Shown one piece after another: positions 44,243 to 51,733 of a stretch of DNA of 58,949 nucleotides. How positions within the stretch are numbered: the first letter of the stretch is position 1; the number at the start of each line of letters is the position of its first letter. The position numbers and the translations under genes were made by a program. The notes below the pieces were generated by a model. The model did no database searches, had not been told where the DNA came from, and worked only from the letters and a program-made list of their open reading frames with translations. Source of the DNA: an uncultured Candidatus Saccharibacteria bacterium (GTDB lineage: Bacteria; Patescibacteriota; Minisyncoccia; Phycocordibacterales; XYD1-FULL-46-19); NCBI GenBank assembly GCA_964655995.1, contig CAZZPK010000004.1, forward strand, positions 1 to 58,949. The letters are read 5' to 3'.

Positions 44243-45190
44243 ATGTCCGAGAAGATTATGTTAAGCGGGGTTAAGCCGACGGGGCGGCCGCATATTGGCA
44301 ATTATTTTGGCGCCATGCGCCAGTTTGTGGATCTCGCTAAGCAAAATAGTGCTTACGTGATGATCGCCGACTTGCACGCTCTCACCACCTTACACAACGC
44401 CTCCGAGCTTAAGCAAAATACTTTAGACTTAGCGCTTGACTACCTCGCCATCGGCCTCGACCCGGCTAAAGTCACCATTTTTAAGCAGTCTGAGGTGTCG
44501 GCTCACGCGGAGCTGGCCTGGATTTTTAATACGCTCGTTACCATCCCTTATCTCCAGCGCGCCCACGCCTACAAAGATGCCGAGGCTAAAGGTAAGGAGC
44601 TCGACGCCGGTACTTTTACTTACCCGGTGCTGATGGCGGCGGATATTTTACTCTACAACACCGATGTGGTGCCGGTAGGCCGCGATCAAAAACAGCATGT
44701 GGAGTACGCTCGCGACATCGCCGAGAAGTTTAATCGCACTTATGGCGAAACGTTTAAACTGCCCGAGCCGCTCATTTTAAGCGACGTTGAGACCGTGCCG
44801 GGTATTGACGGGCAGAAGATGAGCAAGAGCTATAACAACACTATCCCGCTTTTTGCCAGTGATGAAGAAATAGCCAAATTAGTAATGGCGATAGTGACCG
44901 ACTCGAGCGGCGAGCGCCCGGAGAATGTGTATCAAATCCATAAACTGTTTAAGTCAGAGAGTGAGTTAACCAATTTGTATGGGGAGAAAAAAGGTAAATA
45001 TAAAGAGCTTAAAGAGGCGCTGATCGAAGACGTTAAAGCGTTTATTAAACCGCTGCGCGAGAGGCGAGAGGAGTTGGCTAAAAATCCGGGCGAAGTTATT
45101 AAAATGTTAGAGGAGGGTAGTAACCGGGCGCGCGAGTCTGCTACAATAAAGTTAAACGAGGTAAAACAAAAAGTCGGTTTGGATCTCTAA
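44243..45190 (+). CDS. trpS: Tryptophan--tRNA ligase
   Basis: GVKPTGRPHIGNYFGA, GRDQKQHVE, KMSKS. Confidence 0.93.
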   Translation: MSEKIMLSGVKPTGRPHIGNYFGAMRQFVDLAKQNSAYVMIADLHALTTLHNASELKQNTLDLALDYLAIGLDPAKVTIFKQSEVSAHAELAWIFNTLVTIPYLQRAHAYKDAEAKGKELDAGTFTYPVLMAADILLYNTDVVPVGRDQKQHVEYARDIAEKFNRTYGETFKLPEPLILSDVETVPGIDGQKMSKSYNNTIPLFASDEEIAKLVMAIVTDSSGERPENVYQIHKLFKSESELTNLYGEKKGKYKELKEALIEDVKAFIKPLRERREELAKNPGEVIKMLEEGSNRARESATIKLNEVKQKVGLDL

Positions 45191-45199
45191 TCAAACTAA

Positions 45200-46975
45200 A
45201 TGGCTAAAATTAAATTAAATGACATCCAACTTGGGATAAAGATCCTAAGTCGTTATTTAGCTCCTTACAAAAACCAATTGATATTGGTGTGGGCTTTAAG
45301 TTGCGCTTCGGCATTAACTAATGGTCTTATACCATACATTACCGGTAAATTAGTTGATAATATAATCTCCCCAACTACCGTTAATTTTATCAATTTAACT
45401 TTGGCCTCTTATTTTGTGCTACTAGGTTTGTGGGTTTTGATTCAGATTTTTGCTTATTTAATTGATTGGAAAAATGGATATGAAGCCGACCGCTTATCGG
45501 CTATTATTTATTCCGAATACGTCTCTTTGGGGATGAGTTACATACTGCTGTTACCATTGTCATTCCATAAAAAAACTAAATCGGGTCAGGTCGGTAGTAA
45601 AATCCAAAAAACAGCCCAATCTTTTTATAATATCGGTAAGGTGGTTATAGATATACTGCCCCAGCTTTTAACTATAATAATCGCCGTAATCTTGTTGGCC
45701 ACTATAAATATTAAGCTTTTAGGAATCCTACTCATTGGCCTATGTTTATACTTAGCGATTTTATTTAAAGTCGTACCTAAAAGCGGCAAATTGCAGAGGG
45801 AAATATACGAGACCTGGAGTAAGGCCTGGGGAGACGCCTGGGACGCCCTCAATAATATAACTACCGTAAAACACGCCTCGACGGAGGATTATGAGAAGAA
45901 AAAAATATACAAAAGCTTTTTTGGTAAGGCTTTTAACGTTGACCTAAAACTGATGGCAATTTGGAATAATTTAGGTTTTTACCAGAGAGTAATAATTTTG
46001 ATAACCCAGTTTACTATTTTCTTTTTCTCAATTATTTATATTCAAAAAGGTTTAATGACGATTGGCGAGTTGGTTGCTTTTAATGCTTATGCCGCTATGT
46101 TTTTTGGTCCTTTTGTCACGCTGGGCCGACAATGGCAGGATTTTCAAAATGGTATTATTTTTGCCATCGAATCAGAAAAAATACTGTCTTTGCCGATGGA
46201 GTCATACGAAAATAAAGACTCGATAACCAAAGTCGTAAATGGCGCTGTTAATTTTAAAAACGTCGATTATTATTACGAAAAAAGCAAACCCGTGCTCAAG
46301 GATATTAATTTTGAGGTCAAACCGGGCGAAGTGGTGGCCCTGGTAGGCAAATCCGGGGAAGGTAAGACCACTTTGGTTGATTTACTGTCAAACTATCATT
46401 CGGCCAAAGTGGGGAAGATTTTGATTGATAATATTGATATTAAAAAATACAATCTTAAGTCTTTGCGCTCCCAGATTGCGGTGGTGCCGCAGGAGGTGGT
46501 GCTATTTAACGACACGATCAAAAAGAACATCCAATACGGCAGCTTTGGCACTACCGACAAGCAGGTGGAGGAGGCGGCGCGGAAGGCGCATGCGCTCGAG
46601 TTTATTGAGAAGTTTCCTAAAAAATGGAAGCAGATTGTGGGCGAGCGGGGAGTTAAACTCTCCGTGGGTCAAAAACAGCGTGTCGCCATTGCCCGTGCTA
46701 TTTTACGCGATCCTAAGATTTTAATTTTAGACGAGCCGACCTCGGCGCTCGATGCCGAGTCGGAGAGCTTTATTACCAAGTCGCTTGAGGAGCTGATGCA
46801 GGGTCGCACCACCTTTATCATCGCTCACCGGCTCTCCACCGTACGCCGGGCCGATAAGATCTTGGTCTTTAAAGACGGCACCATTGTGGAGCAGGGTAAG
46901 CACGACGAGCTTATTAACCTCCCTAACGGCGTTTACCGCCGACTCTACGAGCTCCAAATCGGCTTACATCAGTAG
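45200..46975 (+). CDS. ABC exporter, fused permease/ATPase (MsbA-like type I)
   Basis: A six-TM N-terminal half, Walker A GKSGEGKTT, signature LSVGQKQRVAIARA and Walker B ILILDEPTSALD. Confidence 0.9.
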   Translation: MAKIKLNDIQLGIKILSRYLAPYKNQLILVWALSCASALTNGLIPYITGKLVDNIISPTTVNFINLTLASYFVLLGLWVLIQIFAYLIDWKNGYEADRLSAIIYSEYVSLGMSYILLLPLSFHKKTKSGQVGSKIQKTAQSFYNIGKVVIDILPQLLTIIIAVILLATINIKLLGILLIGLCLYLAILFKVVPKSGKLQREIYETWSKAWGDAWDALNNITTVKHASTEDYEKKKIYKSFFGKAFNVDLKLMAIWNNLGFYQRVIILITQFTIFFFSIIYIQKGLMTIGELVAFNAYAAMFFGPFVTLGRQWQDFQNGIIFAIESEKILSLPMESYENKDSITKVVNGAVNFKNVDYYYEKSKPVLKDINFEVKPGEVVALVGKSGEGKTTLVDLLSNYHSAKVGKILIDNIDIKKYNLKSLRSQIAVVPQEVVLFNDTIKKNIQYGSFGTTDKQVEEAARKAHALEFIEKFPKKWKQIVGERGVKLSVGQKQRVAIARAILRDPKILILDEPTSALDAESESFITKSLEELMQGRTTFIIAHRLSTVRRADKILVFKDGTIVEQGKHDELINLPNGVYRRLYELQIGLHQ

Positions 46976-47031
46976 AATTAACGTGATACATTACAAATAA
47001 GCGTTCATACCTATGTGACGCAATCACGGTT

Positions 47032-47061
47032 GCCGTCCCTTTCTAGAGGAGACGGCTTTTT
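47032..47061 (+). terminator. Terminator of the ABC exporter gene
   Basis: GCCGTC (47032-37) pairs with GACGGC (47051-56). TTTTT follows. Confidence 0.6.
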
Positions 47062-47073
47062 CTTCAATATAAA

Positions 47074-47109
47074 TTAGTCGTTATTCCACGATCGTAGATT
47101 AACTGCTAA
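47074..47109. repeat. ACGATCGT-apex palindromic element, copy 4
   Basis: The core is at 47088-47095. TTAGTCGTTATTCC|core|AGATTAACTGCTAA. It overlaps a promoter-like TAAAAT (47107-12) that ends 6 nt before ATG 47119. Confidence 0.7.
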
Positions 47110-47118
47110 AATATAGCT

Positions 47119-47676
47119 ATGAGAAAAATAAGAAGTAAGACCAAGAAAAAGATATTACTCATACTTGAAGCTGGAATAGCATTAGGACTGAGTAGCCATA
47201 ATTTTAGGCAGCAAAGATTTATTTTAAAACAAATTCCCAAAGAATTATCTAGTATAAATAAATACGAATTGATAAAAAATATCAAAGATTTTTACAATAA
47301 AAACCTAATAAATTATCAAGAAAAAACTGACGGGAATATAGAAGTAATTTTAACAGAAAAAGGCAGGGAACATGCCTTACTTTACTCATTAGATACAATA
47401 CAAATTAAAAAACCTAACACCTGGAATAGTTGCTGGCATTTAGTCCTGTTTGATATCCCAGAGAAGAAACGCAAGGGGCGCGATGCTTTGCGAGAAAAAT
47501 TAAAGGAGCTGGGATTTTACGAATGGCAAAAGTCGGCTTTTATTTACCCTTATCCCTGCAGCAAAGAGGTAGAATTTATTGTCGAAATTTTTGACCTGAG
47601 ACCTTATGTCAGATATGCCGAATTGCGTCATCCAACCAATGAGTCAGAATTAAAACTTAAATTTAAATTGTATTAG
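47119..47676 (+). CDS. Winged-helix + Cas2-fold/PaaX-C-like domain protein (putative transcriptional regulator)
   Basis: The C-terminal WHLVLFDIPEKKRKGRDALREKLKELGFYEWQKSAFIYPY matches the W-x-LV-x-FDIPE...R..LR..L...GF pattern of PaaX C-terminal and Cas2-like folds. Confidence 0.65.
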   Translation: MRKIRSKTKKKILLILEAGIALGLSSHNFRQQRFILKQIPKELSSINKYELIKNIKDFYNKNLINYQEKTDGNIEVILTEKGREHALLYSLDTIQIKKPNTWNSCWHLVLFDIPEKKRKGRDALREKLKELGFYEWQKSAFIYPYPCSKEVEFIVEIFDLRPYVRYAELRHPTNESELKLKFKLY

Positions 47677-47684
47677 TTGTATTA

Positions 47685-47726
47685 GGATTAGCTGTTAACC
47701 CACGATCGTGAGTTAATGGATAATTT
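47685..47726. repeat. ACGATCGT-apex palindromic element, copy 5
   Basis: The core is at 47702-47709. TTAGCTGTTAACCC|core|GAGTTAATGGATAA. About 21 arm positions pair, including wobbles. Confidence 0.7.
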
Positions 47727-47744
47727 ACCAAATAATCTAGACTT

Positions 47745-47760
47745 GTTACATTAATGTAAC
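47745..47760. promoter_or_regulatory. Perfect 16-bp palindrome GTTACATTAATGTAAC (operator-like)
   Basis: The sequence equals its own reverse complement. It is intergenic, about 110 nt upstream of the aspS promoter. Confidence 0.35.
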
Positions 47761-47869
47761 GGCGCCGAATGGCCCCTATGATCTTAGGACTAGGGAGTCT
47801 GCGCGCCTAGACAATGGCCAAGTCGGTGGTATAGAAAGATATTAAAGTTATGTATAATATTTCAGGTAC

Positions 47870-47897
47870 TTGACAAATTTTGGGGACCTGCTATACT
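47870..47897 (+). promoter_or_regulatory. Promoter TTGACA-16-TATACT for the aspS leader
   Basis: Hexamers at 47870-75 and 47892-97. Confidence 0.6.
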
Positions 47898-47903
47898 GGG
47901 GAG

Positions 47904-48119
47904 TAGCCGAGGTTATGGGTCCTTACCTGGCTCTCGCGTCGAAGGACCCCCGATGGTGGCCGGATGCCGCCCCCGATGGCGCTAGGGACGCGCTGGACTC
48001 TTAGGAAAAGACGCCTGTTTAGACGACCAAACAGGTGGTACTCCTGAGAGGACCAATTAACTGGTCGTCTCCCACGACACGGGCCCGCAGCAAACTTGCT
48101 GACGGGCCCTATTTTTATT
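47904..48119 (+). promoter_or_regulatory. Structured ~215-nt aspS leader ending in an intrinsic terminator (attenuator or riboswitch-like; T-box only tentatively)
   Basis: Mutually exclusive helices: CCTGTTT (48014-20) with AAACAGG (48029-35), versus AGACGACCA (48021-29) with TGGTCGTCT (48062-70). An AGGTGGTAC element lies at 48033-41. The terminator is at 48081-48119. Confidence 0.6.
48081..48119 (+). terminator. Intrinsic terminator inside the aspS leader
   Basis: GGGCCCGCAGCA (48081-92) pairs with TGCTG-a-CGGGCCC (97-109), giving 12 bp with one bulge. TATTTTTATT follows, 30 nt before the aspS ATG. Confidence 0.75.
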
Positions 48120-48149
48120 ACCAGCAGATTGTGTTATAAATAAAAGACT

Positions 48150-49544
48150 ATGCAGCGGACGTATATTAAAGATTTAAAGGGTAAAACCGGCGGGGAGGTT
48201 TTGATTAAGGCTTGGGTGGATATTAGGCGCGATCAGGGTAAGATGGTCTTTTTTGACTTCCGCGATATGAGCGGTAAGGTGCAGGGGGTGGTATTACCTG
48301 GTAGTCCGGCAATGGAGACAGCCAAGGAGGTGCGCTCCGAGTGGGTGCTGGCCATCACCGGCAAAGTCAATGCTCGACCGGAGAAAAACGTTAAAGCCGA
48401 CGTTTTAAACGGCGATATTGAATTAGAGATTACTAATATAGAAGTTTTAAACAAAGCGGAGACCCCACCGTTTGAGCTTAATGACAATACTTTTGGGATT
48501 AATGAGGAGGTACGACTTAAATATCGCTATTTGGATTTACGGTCGGAGCGGATGCAAAAAAATATCCGCTTCCGTCACCAAGTAATCAAACATTTGCGCG
48601 ACGAGCTTAATAATCGCGGCTTTATTGAGGTAGAGACACCGATTTTAACCAAATCAACGCCCGAGGGCGCCCGCGACTATGTGGTACCGGCTCGTCTTTA
48701 CCCCGGCAATTTTTACGCTTTACCTCAAGCGCCACAGCAATATAAGCAACTTTTGATGGTGGGTGGAGTAGAGAAGTACTTCCAAATTGCGCGCTGTTTC
48801 CGCGATGAGGATACGCGGGGCGATCGCCAGCCGGAGTTTACTCAGCTCGATATGGAACTCTCATTTGTCGACCGCGAGGATGTGATGCGCATCAATGAAG
48901 AACTCTTAATTTCCGTAGTTAAAACTTTAGCGCCGGAGAAAAAGATCCAAACTATCCCATTCCCTCGCCTTACTTACCAAGAGGCGATGGAGCAGTATGG
49001 TACCGACAGGCCCGACTTACGAGAGGATAAAAATGATCCTAACTTACTGGCCTTTTGTTGGATCATCGACTTCCCATTTTTTGAAAAGACTGATCAAGGC
49101 AGTTGGACCTTTACCCACAACCCCTTCTCCCGCGCTTTACCCGAGCACGAGGAGTGGTTAAAAAATAAAGAAAATATCGATAAAATTATTACCACTCAAT
49201 ACGACGTAGCCTTAAACGGCTTTGAGATCGGCGGCGGCAGTATCCGCAATCATAACCCGGAGCTCCTTAAAGCGGTGTTAGAGATTATCGGCTTTACGCC
49301 CGAGCAAATGGAGTCAAGCTTTGGCCATATGCTTAAGGCGTTTACGTTTGGCACGCCGCCTCATGGTGGCATTGCCTGGGGCTTGGATCGCTTTGTCGCT
49401 CTCCTCTTAAACGAGCCTAATATCCGCGAGGTGATCCCGTTTGCCAAAACCGGCGAGGGCAAAGACTTGATGATGGATTCTCCCGCCCCAATCTCCGAAA
49501 CTCAATTAAAAGAGCTTAATATTAAATTAACTGATGCCAAATGA
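48150..49544 (+). CDS. aspS: Aspartate--tRNA ligase, bacterial-type core lacking the GAD insertion domain
   Basis: An N-terminal OB fold, motif 2 FRDEDTRGDRQPEFTQLDMELSF and motif 3 GGIAWGLDRFV. Only about 10 residues separate TDRPDLR from CWIIDFPFF. Confidence 0.92.
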   Translation: MQRTYIKDLKGKTGGEVLIKAWVDIRRDQGKMVFFDFRDMSGKVQGVVLPGSPAMETAKEVRSEWVLAITGKVNARPEKNVKADVLNGDIELEITNIEVLNKAETPPFELNDNTFGINEEVRLKYRYLDLRSERMQKNIRFRHQVIKHLRDELNNRGFIEVETPILTKSTPEGARDYVVPARLYPGNFYALPQAPQQYKQLLMVGGVEKYFQIARCFRDEDTRGDRQPEFTQLDMELSFVDREDVMRINEELLISVVKTLAPEKKIQTIPFPRLTYQEAMEQYGTDRPDLREDKNDPNLLAFCWIIDFPFFEKTDQGSWTFTHNPFSRALPEHEEWLKNKENIDKIITTQYDVALNGFEIGGGSIRNHNPELLKAVLEIIGFTPEQMESSFGHMLKAFTFGTPPHGGIAWGLDRFVALLLNEPNIREVIPFAKTGEGKDLMMDSPAPISETQLKELNIKLTDAK

Positions 49545-50265
49545 GTTTAAGGTTAAAGCGGGGGAGTTTGAGGGGCCGCTGGAGCTCCTGCTTGATTTAG
49601 TGGAGAAGAAAAAATTGCATATTAGTCAGGTGTCGCTGGCCCAAGTGGCCGACGATTACGTCGCGCATTTAAAATCAGATACTAAAATCCCAATGGGCGA
49701 TATGGCTAATTTTATTTTAGTCGCCTCGACATTAATGTTTATTAAATCGCTCTCGCTCCTGCCTACCTTGTCGCTCTCGGAGGAGGAAAAGGGCGACATC
49801 GCCGACTTGGAGCGCCGCCTAAAACTTTACGAGCAAATGCGCCAGCTCTCGGCCGGCATTAAAGAGCGCTTTGGCGCCACCTCGGCTTATACTCAACAAA
49901 TTGCCCCCGCCCGCGAAGTGATTTTTGCCCCCAGTCGCGAGCTCAGCGTTGCCAATTTGCTCGCTACCGCTAAGAGTCTCATTGCCGCTTTGCCCAAGCC
50001 CGAGTCCCTGCCGCAAGTGGTGGTTAAAAAAATTATCAGTTTGGAAGAGGCGATTGCCGATTTAACCGAGCGCGTCAGCCAAGCGCTAAAATTAAAATTC
50101 AGCGATTATGCCGCCACCAAAGGAGACCGGGTCAACATTATTGTAAGTTTTTTAGGAATGCTTGAGTTGGTCAAACAAGGGGTCGTGGACGTGCGCCAGG
50201 AACTCAACTTTGCCGAGATCGAGCTTGAGCCGAGAGCAGCCGGCGTGCCTCGCTACGATCTTTAA
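49534..50265 (+). CDS. scpA: Segregation and condensation protein A
   Basis: FEGPLELLLDLVEKKKLHISQVSLAQVADDY. Confidence 0.88.
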   Translation: MPNEFKVKAGEFEGPLELLLDLVEKKKLHISQVSLAQVADDYVAHLKSDTKIPMGDMANFILVASTLMFIKSLSLLPTLSLSEEEKGDIADLERRLKLYEQMRQLSAGIKERFGATSAYTQQIAPAREVIFAPSRELSVANLLATAKSLIAALPKPESLPQVVVKKIISLEEAIADLTERVSQALKLKFSDYAATKGDRVNIIVSFLGMLELVKQGVVDVRQELNFAEIELEPRAAGVPRYDL

Positions 50266-50288
50266 AACAATTTTGCTATACTGTCCAT

Positions 50289-50816
50289 ATGCCGCTTACC
50301 GCTTTAATCGAGGCCCTTTTATTTTGGCGCGCCGAGCCCTGGAGCATAAAGGAGCTGGCCCAGGCCACCAACACTACGTCTCAGGCCGTTGACGATGCTC
50401 TAAAAGCTTTAGACGAGGCCTTGGCGGGCCGTGGCCTCGTCTTAACTCGCAAGGGGGAGGAGGTACAGCTGGCCACCGCTCCCGGGGCCAGCGAGCTTAT
50501 TAGCGCCCTGGCCAAGGAGGAATTGAGTCGAGACTTAGGCAAGGCCGGCCTCGAGACCCTGACCATCGTTTTATACAAAGGTCCGATTTCTCGGCCCGAT
50601 ATCGACTATATCCGCGGCGTTAACTCCAGTTTTACCTTGCGCCACCTCTTGGTCCGCGGTTTGGTCGAGCGCATCCCTAACCCTCAAGATGCCCGCACTT
50701 TTTTATATCAACCGACCTTCGACACCTTGCATCATTTGGGCCTCGCCAAATTGGAGGACTTGCCGCAATATCAAGAGATTAAAAATAATTTAGCCGCCCC
50801 GGAACCTAATTCATGA
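50289..50816 (+). CDS. scpB: Segregation and condensation protein B
   Basis: LEALLFWRAEPWSIKELA, and a second wHTH (LETLTIVLYKGPISRPDIDYIRGV). Confidence 0.88.
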   Translation: MPLTALIEALLFWRAEPWSIKELAQATNTTSQAVDDALKALDEALAGRGLVLTRKGEEVQLATAPGASELISALAKEELSRDLGKAGLETLTIVLYKGPISRPDIDYIRGVNSSFTLRHLLVRGLVERIPNPQDARTFLYQPTFDTLHHLGLAKLEDLPQYQEIKNNLAAPEPNS

Positions 50817-51733
50817 AGTTGCCGTCCTTTTCTGCCAATCAGCTCCGCTTAATTTTGATCGGGGGCATAGTCCTGGCGCTCTTTGGTTTGATCCTCTTAT
50901 ATTTGGCCGGTTATCGGGCGGAGCGCCAGGCACCCGAAACGCCGCCTATTGTCGCCCCCAATCCTTTTGACTCAGTTTATCTTGAGGCCCGCGCCGCCGC
51001 TGTTTACGACTTGGAGACCGGGCAAATGATTTACGAGCTTAATGCCCAGACGCCGTTCCCTTTAGCCTCGATTACCAAAATAATGACGGCGCTGGTCGCG
51101 AGCCACCAATTGGCCGGGGATAGTCCAATAGCGGTTACTCCGGCGGCGATTGCCGAGCTGGGGGACAGCGGTTTTTTGCCGGGCGAGCGCTGGAGTTTAA
51201 AAAATCTGCTTGATTTTACTTTGATTACCTCGTCCAATGACGGCGCTCGGGCGCTGGCTCTGGCCAGCGAGGAGACTACCGGCGAATCTTTTGTCTCGGC
51301 GATGAATTTAACCGCCGGCCGCCTCGGCTTGGCAACTATGAGCTTTGCCAATCCAACCGGTCTTGATGTAGCTCCCGGCCAAGCCGGCGCTTACGGCTCG
51401 GCGGCCGACGTGGCCAAACTCCTGGCCCATATCATTGTTGAACGCCCCGAAATTGTTTTGAGTACTCGTTTGCCGAGCGCAAGCATCGCCTCGGCGGCAA
51501 CCTCGCATTTGGCGATCAACACCAACAAAGCGGCCGGCTTATTGCCGGGCTTGATCGCCTCCAAGACCGGTTTTACCGATTTGGCCGACGGCAATTTGGC
51601 GGTGGTGATCGACCGCGGCTTGCGTCAGCCGGTCGCCATCGTCGTACTCTCCTCAAGCCAAGAGGGCCGCTTTAACGATGTGTTAAAGCTTACTCGCGCC
51701 ACCATTGCCTATTTTGCAGAGCCGTCCCGTTGA
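50813..51733 (+). CDS. D-alanyl-D-alanine carboxypeptidase (S11 PBP5-type)
   Basis: SxxK (ASITK), SxN (SSND), KTG (SKTGFT). N-terminal TM anchor. Confidence 0.85.
   Translation: MKLPSFSANQLRLILIGGIVLALFGLILLYLAGYRAERQAPETPPIVAPNPFDSVYLEARAAAVYDLETGQMIYELNAQTPFPLASITKIMTALVASHQLAGDSPIAVTPAAIAELGDSGFLPGERWSLKNLLDFTLITSSNDGARALALASEETTGESFVSAMNLTAGRLGLATMSFANPTGLDVAPGQAGAYGSAADVAKLLAHIIVERPEIVLSTRLPSASIASAATSHLAINTNKAAGLLPGLIASKTGFTDLADGNLAVVIDRGLRQPVAIVVLSSSQEGRFNDVLKLTRATIAYFAEPSR

Noticed and set aside
47904-48119. Firm classification of the aspS leader as a T-box riboswitch
   Set aside because: Only the AGGTGGTAC element and the terminator fit. I could not find a convincing Stem I, K-turn, specifier loop with GAC plus a purine, or a canonical antiterminator bulge. 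It is kept as an unclassified attenuator pending a covariance-model search.
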